Assembly (NCBI GenBank): GCA_965140415.1
Contig: OZ223209.1
Location: forward strand, 5,888,001 to 5,952,000
Direction: 5' to 3'
From: Myxococcota bacterium
Lineage (GTDB): Bacteria > Myxococcota_A > SURF-8
Length of the DNA stretch: 64,000 bases
In this document: positions 9,754-20,106 of the stretch, piece after piece
Numbering within the stretch: position 1 is the first letter of the stretch
Layout: every line of letters begins with the position of its first letter
Notes under the pieces: generated by a model
What the model was told of the DNA's origin: nothing
Databases searched by the model: none
The model's input: the letters and a program-made list of their open reading frames with translations, nothing else
Made by a program: the position numbers and the translations under genes

Positions 9754-11163
9754 TTATCCACGCGAGGTGGTGGAGTCGGAGCGACCGGCAGAACCGGATT
9801 TACTCCTGCGAGGACGGTACTCCCCAAAACGATTGGAACGACGGCCACCATTCGAGCCGGATTTTTTGGAGGGATTTCCCGAGCGGCGATGCGGCGCACC
9901 GCCTTCGCGTTCCGGTCTGCTACTGCGAGAAGATCCACCGGAAGGCTTCCTTCGTCCCGGACGACCGGAGGGGCGAGGTGCTTGCGCTTTCGCTTGTGAT
10001 TCTGCACTATTCTGCGGAACGACTGGCGCGCGATACGAAAGTTGAGGCGTTTTCTGCGCCAGGATGCGTCGCCGAATCAGGCGCTCGATCGAGGCCAGCA
10101 GCGAGCGCTCGTCCTGGCTGCAAAAGGAAAATGCAATTCCGCTGGCTCCGGCGCGCCCGGTGCGTCCGATGCGATGCACGTAGGATTCCGAGTCGGCAGG
10201 CAGATCGAAATTGAATACATGCGTGACCTGATCGATATCCAACCCGCGTGAGGCAATATCAGTGGCGACCAGCACCCGCGAAACTCCGGTTTTAAAGTCG
10301 CTCAGCGCCTGTTCCCGTCGGTTCTGAGATTTATTGCCGTGAATGGCGGCGGCGGTTATCCCGGCCTGGCCAAGCTTGCGCACCACCTTATCCGCGCCAT
10401 GCTTGGTGCGGGTAAAGACCAATGCACGGCTGATGTCCTGATCGTCGAGCATGTGCACAAGCAGATTGATTTTATTCGGTTTTTCAACGAAAAACACGGA
10501 TTGATCGATGCTCTCCACCGTGGTTGCGGGTGGCGTGACACTCACTGTGATCGGATCGGTTAAAATGCCATTGGCCAGTTTCACGATACTGGGAGGCAAG
10601 GTCGCGGAAAACAGCAAGGTTTGTCGCTGTTTCGGCACCGTTGCGATGACGCGCCGGATATCGTGGATGAACCCCATATCCAACATGCGGTCGGCTTCGT
10701 CGAGCACGAGATATTCAACAGAAGTGAGATCCACATATCCCTGATTCATCAGATCCAACAAACGCCCCGGAGTCGCCACCAGAATATCCACGCCGCTCTG
10801 TAGTGTGCGTACTTGGGGATTTTGATTGACTCCACCGAAAATCACGGTGGTGCGAGTACCCACATTGCGTCCGTAATCGTTGAAACTCTGTCCGATCTGA
10901 GAGGCAAGCTCACGGGTGGGAGCCAGTGCCAATACGCGAATCCGGCGTGGGCCGCGAGCGGGTTTTGCTCGACCCAGACGTTGCAGAATAGGCAGGGCGA
11001 ACGCGGCGGTTTTGCCGGTGCCGGTCTGGGCGCAGCCCATGACATCCTTGCCTTCCAACACGTGCGGAAAGGACAACTGCTGGATTTTTGTAGGTTCCTG
11101 GTATCCTTGCTGACGAATGGACTTCAAAATGGGAGAAGAAAAAGAAAACTCGGTAAACAACAT
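9754..11163 (-). CDS. rhlE: DEAD-box ATP-dependent RNA helicase (RhlE-like)
   Basis: Q-motif, [42 protein letters not shown]; basic C-tail. Confidence 0.93.
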   Translation of the reverse strand: MLFTEFSFSSPILKSIRQQGYQEPTKIQQLSFPHVLEGKDVMGCAQTGTGKTAAFALPILQRLGRAKPARGPRRIRVLALAPTRELASQIGQSFNDYGRNVGTRTTVIFGGVNQNPQVRTLQSGVDILVATPGRLLDLMNQGYVDLTSVEYLVLDEADRMLDMGFIHDIRRVIATVPKQRQTLLFSATLPPSIVKLANGILTDPITVSVTPPATTVESIDQSVFFVEKPNKINLLVHMLDDQDISRALVFTRTKHGADKVVRKLGQAGITAAAIHGNKSQNRREQALSDFKTGVSRVLVATDIASRGLDIDQVTHVFNFDLPADSESYVHRIGRTGRAGASGIAFSFCSQDERSLLASIERLIRRRILAQKTPQLSYRAPVVPQNSAESQAKAQAPRPSGRPGRRKPSGGSSRSSRPEREGGAPHRRSGNPSKKSGSNGGRRSNRFGEYRPRRSKSGSAGRSDSTTSRG

Positions 11164-11309
11164 AAAATAGTACCTATCTTTACCTTGATTCGTTCAAGGT
11201 TAACGGCAAACAAAGCCTGCATCGAAGATAATCTGGGGGTGTTTTTGCTTGGCCCAGAGGCGTGAGATCTCACGCAAAATCGCTGGAGGGTCGCCTGCGG
11301 ATGGTCAGC

Positions 11310-11338
11310 ACACTACACGCTTTTATGGGGAATGTCAA
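11310..11338 (-). promoter_or_regulatory. Sigma70-type promoter of rhlE
   Basis: Minus strand TTGACA-17 nt-TAGTGT, about 145 nt upstream of the ATG. Confidence 0.6.
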
Positions 11339-11401
11339 TGTTTAAATAATATTACATTCAAGATGGGTGCATCACAAGAAGTTGCAAACCTGTCTGATTT
11401 T

Positions 11402-11483
11402 AGGGTGGCGCGGGCTAAGCCGCAGGCTTGCCCGTGTTCGAGATCCATATGGGCAAGCGTCGTTTCTCTTCGCTTGGCCCATG
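11402..11483 (+). repeat. 82-bp REP-like repeat (family C), direct copy at 38522..38603
   Basis: agggtggcgcgggctaagccgcaggcttgcccgtg...gcttggcccatg aligns without gaps to the second copy, with few mismatches. Confidence 0.9.
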
Positions 11484-11512
11484 ATTCCATAAGGGAGGGC
11501 TGACCTCACAAG

Positions 11513-11894
11513 GTCGATGGCATCATCGCCGAACTGGGAGGAGATCCGCACGTGTATCCTGCCGACGAGGTGGCCAGCAAAACCCGCTTAAAAAAAGAAA
11601 AAGACCGACGCCCGCGACGCGCAGGATCTGTGTACGAATCTGCGTACCGGTGCGCTTTTACGGGAAGTACGATTGCCTCCCGAATCGATGCGGAAATTGC
11701 GTTCGGTGCTGAGAACTCGACAGTTACAGGTGAAAATCATGACCCAGGCGAGAAACGCGGCCAAAGCGCTCTTGCGGGAATACGGACTGGCCGGTGCCTC
11801 TGGAAGTTTGACGACCGAAAGCGCCTGGAAGCAACGTCTGCTGCAAGTCATGCCGACCGAGATCAAAACGCTGGTCGAGGCGCATTTCAAATAA
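11513..11894 (+). pseudogene. IS110-family transposase remnant (frameshifted, truncated)
   Basis: KKKTDARDAQDLC (KTDxxDA motif) continues into LPPESMRKLRSVLRTRQ...LLREYG; the preceding part (VDGIIAELGGDPHVYPA) is in another frame, with the shift at the A-run near 11590; N- and C-termini missing. Confidence 0.8.
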
Positions 11895-12195
11895 TGCTCA
11901 CTCTAAATGAAAAACGCGGTCAGTTTCGGACCAAAAAAATGTCCGAGCTGTAACTACGGCAAAAAGAAAGTCTCATTCCTATATTCCATCGAAAAGACTG
12001 GATTTTACGCAATAGTCAAATTCGTGAAAGTGCTATCCAACAAAGAACCTCGTGCAATTTCCAGAAACCATCCGGTTTTGGCCTTGAAGCTCATAATCGG
12101 ATTATGGTAAAGTGAACACTGTACACGGGTGAGAAACTCTCCCCAACGGGAATCGGGGAGCATCCAAGTTCAAAGGGGGAAAGCGAGGTGGCCCA

Positions 12196-12711
12196 ATGGC
12201 GCAGCGTGTCTGCATCCTTTGCGAGCAGGATTTCCAGGATCTGGAAGTACTGTATCCGAAGTTGCGACTGATCGAGGCGGGCTATGACGTGGTCGTGGCC
12301 GGTCTTGGAGAGAAGGAATACAAGGGAAAATACGGCTATCCGGTCAACGCCGACGCCGACCTGCGCACGTTGGATGCCGCCGATTTCGACGCCTTCGTGG
12401 TGCCCGGTGGCTGGGCGCCAGATTTCCTGCGCCGAACACCGCACGCCGCTGCACTGCTTTCGCAAGCGAATCAGGCCGGAAAGCTGATCGCCGCCATCTG
12501 TCACGGCGGCTGGCTGTTGGCATCCGCGGATATTTTAAAAGGAAAAACGATTACCAGCTTTTTTGCGATCCAGCACGATCTGCAAAATGCCGGTGCAAGC
12601 TGGGTGGATCGAGCCGTCGTGGTGGACGGCAATCTCATCAGTTCCCGCACGCCCGATGATCTGCCCTATTTCATGAAAGCCATCTTGGAATGGCTGGAGG
12701 AACACTCATGA
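12196..12711 (+). CDS. PfpI/DJ-1 family protein
   Basis: FQDLE, VVPGG.APD.LR, AICHGG nucleophile elbow, SRTPDDLP. Confidence 0.92.
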   Translation: MAQRVCILCEQDFQDLEVLYPKLRLIEAGYDVVVAGLGEKEYKGKYGYPVNADADLRTLDAADFDAFVVPGGWAPDFLRRTPHAAALLSQANQAGKLIAAICHGGWLLASADILKGKTITSFFAIQHDLQNAGASWVDRAVVVDGNLISSRTPDDLPYFMKAILEWLEEHS

Positions 12712-13001
12712 CGACGACGCAAGAAGAACAGGAATTGGTCTTTCAACCACAGGGAGTTGTGGAAGACCTCCAGGGGCGCGTGGCCGGATTCTGGATCCGA
12801 CGACGCAAAGGCGTTCGCGACACCTATCTTTTCGAAAAGCCGGTGGCGCGTGTAAAACCGTATCGCCTGGAGTACAAGACCATCATGGTGGATGGCGAAG
12901 TCTATCACGATGTGCCGGTTAAGGTGTACCCCGAAATCAACAGCCTGACACACTGGGGCAAGTATCCCAAGCGTCAGAAAGGTCGTCGGGGACGCGCCTG
13001 A
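12708..13001 (+). CDS. Small hypothetical protein
   Basis: SD GGAGG and ATGA overlap with the PfpI stop; 97 aa; no recognised motif. Confidence 0.7.
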   Translation: MTTTQEEQELVFQPQGVVEDLQGRVAGFWIRRRKGVRDTYLFEKPVARVKPYRLEYKTIMVDGEVYHDVPVKVYPEINSLTHWGKYPKRQKGRRGRA

Positions 13002-13141
13002 AAGCAGGCGAAACGACGGTGTTTTTTCCGATTATTGACTAAAAGTCACCTTTTGTGGTGACACGGCGTCAACGTGAACGCTCCAGTAGCACTCCAACCG
13101 GTTCCAAACCAGCCAACTGTCGGAGTATCCGACAACCAGTC

Positions 13142-15727
13142 CTAGTCATTTTCCTTTAAATTCCGATTGGGACGCGGCAACAGTCGGATCAGGCGAAAAC
13201 CGATATTGGGCTTGACCCGGAAACGCGCCATGCCGACACGCCCAGCCGAGTGACACAGCGGCTCGGAATCCAGCCAGGAGCCGCCCTTGGTCAGTTTTTC
13301 ATTGGCCTGCGGATTGAACCAGTCCTCGCACCATTCACGTACACCGCCCGCCATGCCCAACGTGCCGAACGGCCCGAGATCCTGCGGAAAAGCGTTCACC
13401 GCTTTCAACCCGGCATGGCGCAGACTGTCGCGCATCAGACAACGGGTGCGCATGAAACCGTTACCCCAGGGATAAATGCGGCCATCGCCGCCGCGCGCGG
13501 CTTTTTCCCATTGCTCGTCGGTCGGCAGCGCATACGCCTGCCCTTCCTGCTCGGATAGCCAGGCGCAGTAGGCTCGCGCATCGTCCCAACTGATGCCGAA
13601 GACCGGCCAGTCCGGATCGAAGTCGCCCTGTTTGCCATCCGCTGAAAAATAGAAACCGCGATCAGGACGAATGCGCGGCGCGCGCGCGACGAAACCGTTT
13701 GCGGGCACTTCCGTTTGAGCTTGCAGGAAAGCCAGGTATTCTCCAATCGTTACAGGCTGCTTGGCCATCAGAAAGCCATCCACTTGCGGTGTACGGGATT
13801 TTTCGTAACCGTAGCAGGCTTCATCGCCGCCCTTTAAAAACGGTCCAGGCGGCACGTAGGCGAAACGCTCGTCCTGTAACTCGTCGGGCAGCAAAGGAAT
13901 TCCAAGTTCCAGTCGTTCGCCTGCTTCCAGCAGAATCGGATAGACAACCGGCTGCCGTTTCGGATGCCGCAGGGTCAACAGCCAATGCCCGCGCGGAACG
14001 GCCCGATCGCAAAGCGGCGTGGAGCCGAGCAGGAGTTCCTCCCCGGCGACCAGGATTCCATCCTTGTTTTCCAATGCCGCCAGATAAACAATTGCGTTAG
14101 CCGGTTCGGTGACGATTTGCAGCGTCGCCTTGCCGTGCAGCACTTCGCGAAAACGGACGGCGTCGTAGCTTTCCACGCGCTCGCGGTTGTAGATCATTTC
14201 CTTTTTATTGCGGGTCTGCGCGGCGTCCTGATAGCGAGCGTGGAAAAGATCCGCCAATAACTCGCGCCCCAAAGGCTGTTCGGGGTCCAGTGTGAGAGCT
14301 TCCGTCAGGCGTTCCTGCGCTTCGGCGAAGGTGCGATCGCAGGCCAGTTGCTCGTCTTGTGTGGCACATTCCAGCTCCCACAAGCGCTCGCCGCCGTTTT
14401 CCAGTTCCTTAGCGAGAGTGGCGCGGACTTCGTCCAGCCGGGACTTGATCTCGCCGTAACGGCGCACGATCTCCCGGGCGTCCTCCGCAATCAGCTTGGC
14501 TCGGCGTCGCATGATGCGGCGCTGCCGGGAGCCTTCTAAAAATCGCTCGATGTCGTCGAACAGTTCGCGTGCGCTTTTGGGTCGTTGCTCGGGCAATTTG
14601 GAAAGCGCCCGCAAGCAAAGTTTTTCAAGCACTTCGGGAATGCGTCGCTCCGGCGCACGTGCGCTGGGTCGCGCCACACTTTGTTCGCGCACCTTGCGCA
14701 ACACGTCTTCGACACTGGCTCCACTGAACGGCGGATGCAGTGTCAGAATTTCGTACAACAACGCACCCAGGCCGTAAATGTCGGTCTGCGGGCCGATGTG
14801 ATCCAGCCGCCCGTTGGCCTGCTCGGGAGCCATGTAAGCGGGAGTGCCTGAAATTACAGGACTTGCATGGATATGCCGGTCGGCGTCACCGTTGATTTCC
14901 TGAGCCAGTCCCCAGTCGGTTACGAAGGTTTCACCGAATTCACCGACCATGACGTTTTCCGGCTTGATGTCCCGGTGCACGATGCCCAGTGAATGGGCGT
15001 AGTCCACCGCCAGGCAAACCTGCTGAAAGATGGTCAGCAAGCGGACGAAACCGTAACGCTCGAGAACTTCTTCCTCTTCCCGCGCAATCGCCCGAAGCAC
15101 ATCTTTAAGCGAACGGCCATCGATACAGCGCATCGAGAAAAAGGCTTCGCCGGAGGGCAGCCGTCCCGCATCGTAAACCGGAACGATATTCGGATGTTCC
15201 AGCCGCGCCGCCGCACTGGCTTCGATGCGGAAACGTCGCTCCAAGCGCGCATCCGCCGCCCCGCCGGAACGCAGCACTTTCAACGCGATACGCCGATTGA
15301 AAAAGTCGTCCATCGCTTCGAGCACGCGCCCGCCGCCGCCGCTGGCGATTTCGCGCGTGATGCGATAGCGCTCGGAAGGGGCGTTTGCCGCGAAAACATC
15401 CACATCCGCCTCGACCTGCTTTTCACTCTCCGGCAACGAAAGGCTCACACCATCCTGTGCCAGCGCCGTGTAAAGTGTGCGGCCATCGTCGGGCAATTTG
15501 CCCAGGCGGCGCGTCAGTTCGCGGTGCAGGCTTTCGAATCGTGTCGGCGAGGTTTTCTGACGCTCGGTCAATAAAGCTTCCAGGTCCGGTTCGTTTTCCG
15601 CACCCATTTCAAACCAAAGCTCCAAGAGTTCATCCAGGCCCAGCGTGCCGCGCTCCAGCAGCAGTCGTGAATACTCCTTGGAATAGTTTCGCCGATCCTG
15701 CATCAACCGTATCCTTGTGGTTTGCAA
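13142..15727 (-). CDS. Hanks-type Ser/Thr kinase fused to PEGA-like and FGE-sulfatase domains
   Basis: ALK, HPNIV, HRDIKPEN, DWG, GTPAYMAPEQ; TEPANAIVY (PEGA-like); LPTDEQWEKAARG, YPWGN, MAGGVREW, GFR. Start may be 15703. Confidence 0.9.
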   Translation of the reverse strand: MQTTRIRLMQDRRNYSKEYSRLLLERGTLGLDELLELWFEMGAENEPDLEALLTERQKTSPTRFESLHRELTRRLGKLPDDGRTLYTALAQDGVSLSLPESEKQVEADVDVFAANAPSERYRITREIASGGGGRVLEAMDDFFNRRIALKVLRSGGAADARLERRFRIEASAAARLEHPNIVPVYDAGRLPSGEAFFSMRCIDGRSLKDVLRAIAREEEEVLERYGFVRLLTIFQQVCLAVDYAHSLGIVHRDIKPENVMVGEFGETFVTDWGLAQEINGDADRHIHASPVISGTPAYMAPEQANGRLDHIGPQTDIYGLGALLYEILTLHPPFSGASVEDVLRKVREQSVARPSARAPERRIPEVLEKLCLRALSKLPEQRPKSARELFDDIERFLEGSRQRRIMRRRAKLIAEDAREIVRRYGEIKSRLDEVRATLAKELENGGERLWELECATQDEQLACDRTFAEAQERLTEALTLDPEQPLGRELLADLFHARYQDAAQTRNKKEMIYNRERVESYDAVRFREVLHGKATLQIVTEPANAIVYLAALENKDGILVAGEELLLGSTPLCDRAVPRGHWLLTLRHPKRQPVVYPILLEAGERLELGIPLLPDELQDERFAYVPPGPFLKGGDEACYGYEKSRTPQVDGFLMAKQPVTIGEYLAFLQAQTEVPANGFVARAPRIRPDRGFYFSADGKQGDFDPDWPVFGISWDDARAYCAWLSEQEGQAYALPTDEQWEKAARGGDGRIYPWGNGFMRTRCLMRDSLRHAGLKAVNAFPQDLGPFGTLGMAGGVREWCEDWFNPQANEKLTKGGSWLDSEPLCHSAGRVGMARFRVKPNIGFRLIRLLPRPNRNLKEND

Positions 15728-15993
15728 AAAGAAAAGGGTGTTTCGATCCGTATGCTACCTCCAAAAGGCCGTTGCTCGCAAGCACGAAATATATCGAATA
15801 GATTTTATGGTGTATCACAAGATATTGCGATTGGCTTTGAAAACGGGTTTGCAACTTCTTGTGATGCACCCTAGATTTTATGAAAACCATCTTTCTCTCG
15901 TCTTGTTCTTGGCGAATCGAGTGCAGGCTGTTAAAATACCCGCGAAATAAAACCGAGAACGAGTTGCTTATATCTACACGAAAGGAGTGTCTT

Positions 15994-16599
15994 ATGTTGC
16001 GTAATCTGTTGTTATCCGTAGTGATCTTGTCTTTGCTGGTATCGTTAGCCAACGCCGCCGCACCGGCCAAGAAAGCTCCCGAGAAAGCCCCTGCTAAAAA
16101 CCCGGTGGTGGTAATGAAAACCAATCTCGGGGAAATCGAAATCGAACTGTATCAGGATAAAGCCCCGATTTCCGTGAAAAACTTCCTGACTTACGTCAAC
16201 GAAAAGTTCTACGACGGCACCATTTTCCACCGCGTCATCAAGAACTTCATGATTCAGGGCGGCGGTTTCGACAAAGCCGTCAAAAAGAAAGACACCCACG
16301 CACCCATTAAAAACGAAGCCACCAACGGCCTGAAAAACACGCGCGGCACCCTGGCCATGGCACGCACCGGCGTGGTGGACAGCGCCACCGCGCAGTTCTT
16401 CATCAACGTGGTGGACAACGCCTTTTTGGATCACCGCAGCCCGGACCCGCGCGGATTCGGTTATGCGGTATTCGGCAATGTCATCAAAGGAATGGATGTG
16501 GTCGACAAAATCCGTAACACGCCCACCGCAGCCTGCGGCCCCTTCCCCAAAGACTGCCCGACGACTCAGGTCGTCATCGAAAGTGTGCGCGTGAAATAG
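15994..16599 (+). CDS. ppiA: Cyclophilin-type peptidyl-prolyl isomerase with signal peptide
   Basis: [45 protein letters not shown] before ATG 15994. Confidence 0.9.
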   Translation: MLRNLLLSVVILSLLVSLANAAAPAKKAPEKAPAKNPVVVMKTNLGEIEIELYQDKAPISVKNFLTYVNEKFYDGTIFHRVIKNFMIQGGGFDKAVKKKDTHAPIKNEATNGLKNTRGTLAMARTGVVDSATAQFFINVVDNAFLDHRSPDPRGFGYAVFGNVIKGMDVVDKIRNTPTAACGPFPKDCPTTQVVIESVRVK

Positions 16600-16672
16600 G
16601 TTGAATTTGCTTATGATCTCCCGTTTCGCTCAAGCAGAGGGACGTTCGCCGGGTTCATCCCGGCGCGTTCCG

Positions 16673-17344
16673 ATGCGGGCGTTTTGGGGGATCTTGTTTT
16701 TCCTGCTTTTCCTCTCGCCCTCCCAAGCCGAATCGCCGAAAACGACCGAACCGGCAGCCTCCGCCACTCCCGAATTCAAAGGAGAAATTCTGCCGATTTC
16801 CGCAGAACGCGCCGCCGCTATGCGTGGTGTGTCCTGGCATCCCGGTTGCCCGGTCGCTTTGGAAGATCTGCGCAATGTGCAAGTCAGCTATTGGGGGTTC
16901 GACAATCAGGCGCATTCCGGCGACCTGATCGTGCATAAAGAGGTTGCAAAAGAAGTACTTGCGATTTTTTCCGAATTATATTCGGCGCGTTTTCCGATTG
17001 AAAAGCTGCGTCCCGTCTCGGAGCACGGCGGCGACGATGCCGCCTCGATGGCCGCCAACAACAGCAGTGCCTTCAATTGTCGCAGGCGCACCGGCAACCG
17101 GAAGCGCTATTCCAACCACGCCTACGGGAAAGCCATCGATATCAACCCCGTGCAGAACCCTTATGTGTATAAGGAAAAAGTCCTACCCGAAGCCGGGCGC
17201 GCCTACCTGAATCGGAACAAACCTGCCAAGGGCTTGATCCGTCGCGGGGATGTTTGCCAGCAGGCATTCAAACGTCATGGCTGGAGTTGGGGCGGTCTGT
17301 GGCGGCGCAACAAAGACTATCAGCATTTCGAAAAAAGATTGTAA
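16673..17344 (+). CDS. M15-family metallopeptidase (peptidoglycan)
   Basis: Signal peptide; SAFNCR, SNHAYGKAIDINP, WGG.W, DYQHFE. Confidence 0.88.
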   Translation: MRAFWGILFFLLFLSPSQAESPKTTEPAASATPEFKGEILPISAERAAAMRGVSWHPGCPVALEDLRNVQVSYWGFDNQAHSGDLIVHKEVAKEVLAIFSELYSARFPIEKLRPVSEHGGDDAASMAANNSSAFNCRRRTGNRKRYSNHAYGKAIDINPVQNPYVYKEKVLPEAGRAYLNRNKPAKGLIRRGDVCQQAFKRHGWSWGGLWRRNKDYQHFEKRL

Positions 17345-17377
17345 CCATTTGTTATTGTTGACGTATTTACATCAATC

Positions 17378-17549
17378 GTGGGTCGGGTCATCTGCCCGAA
17401 ATTTCCGAATGATGATGTCGGGCAAGAAATTTGCCCGACCTACTGTGGGAATGTAACCACATGTTATTATTGGCATATCGACATCAATTGTAGGTCTGGC
17501 AGATTCTGCCCGATAAGCATTGGGTGTCGGATTCACTGAATCCGACCTT
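17378..17549. repeat. Two GTAG-type REP doublets (family D)
   Basis: 17415..17443 read in reverse is gtaggtcgggcaaatttcttgcccgacat; degenerate partners at 17378, 17490 and 17525; related doublet at 63230..63295. Confidence 0.75.
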
Positions 17550-17586
17550 GCTAAAATCAAATAATAACCGCTATAAACCCTAAACC

Positions 17587-17612
17587 GCCCGACTCCCTTA
17601 CGGGAGCCGGGC
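17587..17612 (-). terminator. Probable terminator of the fdh operon
   Basis: Minus strand gcccggctccc-gtaa-gggagtcgggc with a weak U tail. Confidence 0.5.
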
Positions 17613-17646
17613 AGCGCGATGAAACCTTGTAATGTGTCGTAGAACG

Positions 17647-19548
17647 CTAAGTTGCAATCACGGCGTTGGTAGGACAAACCGTAATGCAGCTTCCACAATG
17701 GATGCACATCGCCGCATTGATAACGTGTGGTTTCTTCTTTTCACCGGTTATGGCGTTGCTCGGACATTTCTTGGCACAACTCATACAGCCGATACAAACC
17801 TCTTCATTGATACTGAAGGTCAACAGCTTGTTGCAAACCTTGGCCGGGCATTTGTGATCACGAATGTGCGCCACGTATTCATCCTTGAACCAGCGCAAGG
17901 TGGACAGCACCGGGTTGGGCGCCGTCTGTCCCAAACCGCACAAACTGCAATCGCGCGTGACTTCGCCAACGCTTTCCAAACTCTCAAGTACTTCGTCAAG
18001 TTGTTCCGGTTTATAGACACCTTCACAGATGTTTGACAAGGTATCGAGCATGCGCTTGGTGCCGATGCGGCAGGGTACGCATTTACCGCAGCTTTCGCGC
18101 TGGATGAAGTCCATAAAGAACATGGCGACATCGACCATGCAATTGTCTTCGTCCATGGCGACCATGCCGCCCGATCCCATCATCGCTCCCACGGTCTTCA
18201 GGCTTTCATAATCGATTTCCAGATCCATATGATCCGCATCGACACAGCCACCGGAAGGACCACCCATTTGTACCGCCTTGAACTTGCGATCATTCAGGAT
18301 GCCACCACCGATCTTTTCGATGATCTCGCGGATGGTGGTTCCCATGGCCACCTCAACCAGGCCGGTGCTGTTGATCTTGCCAGTCAGTGCAAACACCTTG
18401 GTTCCCTTGGATGACTCGGTGCCGTACGAAGCGAACCAGTCGCCGCCCTTATCCAAGATCGGTCCTAAATTGGCAAGAGTTTCAACGTTATTGATGATCG
18501 TGGGCGAATTCCACAAACCACTTTGAGCGGGGAAGGGAGGTCGAGGTCGTGGTTCACCGCGCTGACCCTGAATGCTGTGTATCAGGGCCGTTTCTTCGCC
18601 GCAGACAAACGCGCCCGCGCCCATCTTGATATAGACGTCGAAACCGAAACCGGTACCCAGGATGTTTTCACCCAGCAAGCCGACTTCTCGCAGGCAGTTG
18701 ATCGCCTTTTGCAGGCGCGAAATCGCCAGCGGATATTCTTGACGTACATAGATCACTGCTTTTTGCGCACCGATTCCATATCCGGCAATCAACAGACCTT
18801 CCAAGATACAGAAGGGATCACCTTCCATCAGGGAGCGGTCCATGAACGCTCCGGGGTCCCCTTCGTCGCCGTTGCAGATCACATATTTTTTCTCGCCTTC
18901 AGCCTCCCGGCAAAACTTCCATTTCAATCCAGTCGGGAAACCACCACCACCTCGACCACGCAAGCCGGAGGTTTTTACTTCTTCGATCACTTCTTCCGGG
19001 GTCATCGAAAGTAACGCCTTTTCAAACCCCTTAAAACCGTCCGTAGCCAAATAGGCATCCAGATTTTCCGGGTCTACCTCACCGCAGCGTTTGAGTGCGA
19101 TGCGGGTTTGATTGGCGTAGAACGGAATATCGTTTCGTCCCTTTTTGGATTCCTTGCTACCGGGATCTACATAGAGCAACCGTTCTACAACTTCGTTACC
19201 CTTGAGTGTGGATTCCACGATTTCAGCCACGTCTTTGACCTTGACCTTAGTATATAGGATGTCATCGGGCAGTACATGCACCAGCGGTCCCATTTGGCAA
19301 AAACCATGACAGCCGGAAACCGCCATGTAGGTTGGGTGCAGACCTGCATCATGCTTTTCGAAGTGGATTGTGGCTTCGACGTTTTGCTCGCTGCATACGG
19401 CCTGAAACGCCTCGAAGACTTCCAGCGAACCATTGGCCACACAGCCGGTACCAGCGCAAATCATGACGCGCCGTTGGATACCGGCATCAATATCCAAGGA
19501 AGCTTCACGTCTTGATTTGAGGTCTTGTGCAGTTTTAATCATCATCAC
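17647..19548 (-). CDS. NuoF/HydB-like NAD(P)H-binding flavin/Fe-S subunit
   Basis: N-terminal CAGTGC..GCHGFC; GLRGRGGGGFPTG; NGDEGDPGAFMDR; GAGAFVCGEETAL; GGPSGG; ESCGKCVPCRIG; C-terminal 2x[4Fe-4S]. Confidence 0.95.
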   Translation of the reverse strand: MMMIKTAQDLKSRREASLDIDAGIQRRVMICAGTGCVANGSLEVFEAFQAVCSEQNVEATIHFEKHDAGLHPTYMAVSGCHGFCQMGPLVHVLPDDILYTKVKVKDVAEIVESTLKGNEVVERLLYVDPGSKESKKGRNDIPFYANQTRIALKRCGEVDPENLDAYLATDGFKGFEKALLSMTPEEVIEEVKTSGLRGRGGGGFPTGLKWKFCREAEGEKKYVICNGDEGDPGAFMDRSLMEGDPFCILEGLLIAGYGIGAQKAVIYVRQEYPLAISRLQKAINCLREVGLLGENILGTGFGFDVYIKMGAGAFVCGEETALIHSIQGQRGEPRPRPPFPAQSGLWNSPTIINNVETLANLGPILDKGGDWFASYGTESSKGTKVFALTGKINSTGLVEVAMGTTIREIIEKIGGGILNDRKFKAVQMGGPSGGCVDADHMDLEIDYESLKTVGAMMGSGGMVAMDEDNCMVDVAMFFMDFIQRESCGKCVPCRIGTKRMLDTLSNICEGVYKPEQLDEVLESLESVGEVTRDCSLCGLGQTAPNPVLSTLRWFKDEYVAHIRDHKCPAKVCNKLLTFSINEEVCIGCMSCAKKCPSNAITGEKKKPHVINAAMCIHCGSCITVCPTNAVIAT

Positions 19549-20018
19549 TTGCCCCCTTTTTTCTGGACCTGTGTGAGGATTCGTTTGACTTGCTTGGGTT
19601 TGACCTCACCAAACACCTCCCCACCGACGGTAATGACAGGGGCTAAACCGCAGGCACCGATGCAGGCAACGACCTCTAGTGAAAACAAGCCGTCTTCGGT
19701 GGTGTCGCCCGGTTCGATGTTCAGATGATCCTTGAATGCCTCCAGGACCGCCGCTGATCCGCGCACGTGACAGGCCGTTCCACGGCAAACCACGATTGGA
19801 TGCTTGCCCAGTGGCTTAAATCGAAATTGGTTGTAGAATGTCGCAACTCCGAATACCTTGCTAATCGGGAGACCAAGGTGATCGCTGATACGCTGCAGCG
19901 CATCCATCGAGAGGTACCCTTCCGCCTCCTGAATATCCTGTAAAAGAGGAATCAGCTTATCCGGTGTTGCATCGGAATACTGACTTAATACAGTATCGAC
20001 TCCGCTCATGTTATCCAC
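19545..20018 (-). CDS. NuoE/HydC-like [2Fe-2S] subunit
   Basis: GVATFY, VCRGTACHVRG, ACIGACGLAP. Confidence 0.95.
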   Translation of the reverse strand: MDNMSGVDTVLSQYSDATPDKLIPLLQDIQEAEGYLSMDALQRISDHLGLPISKVFGVATFYNQFRFKPLGKHPIVVCRGTACHVRGSAAVLEAFKDHLNIEPGDTTEDGLFSLEVVACIGACGLAPVITVGGEVFGEVKPKQVKRILTQVQKKGGK

Positions 20019-20106
20019 CTATCGCTATGGGATGCTATAACCACAGACAGCAACGGCTGGTCTGCCGTGCCGGTTTCCCGGCACGAAGACCCAACCGGAC
20101 TGAGAC

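Noticed and set aside
12125-12195. tRNA- or riboswitch-like hairpin upstream of pfpI
   Set aside because: Has gttcaaa and one stem, but no cloverleaf or recognisable aptamer.
13142-13900. DGR target (FGE/CLec fold)
   Set aside because: No reverse transcriptase or template repeat in the window.
17647-20018. Respiratory complex I nuoEF
   Set aside because: No other nuo genes; extra Fe-S domains and linkage to fdhA indicate soluble FDH partners.
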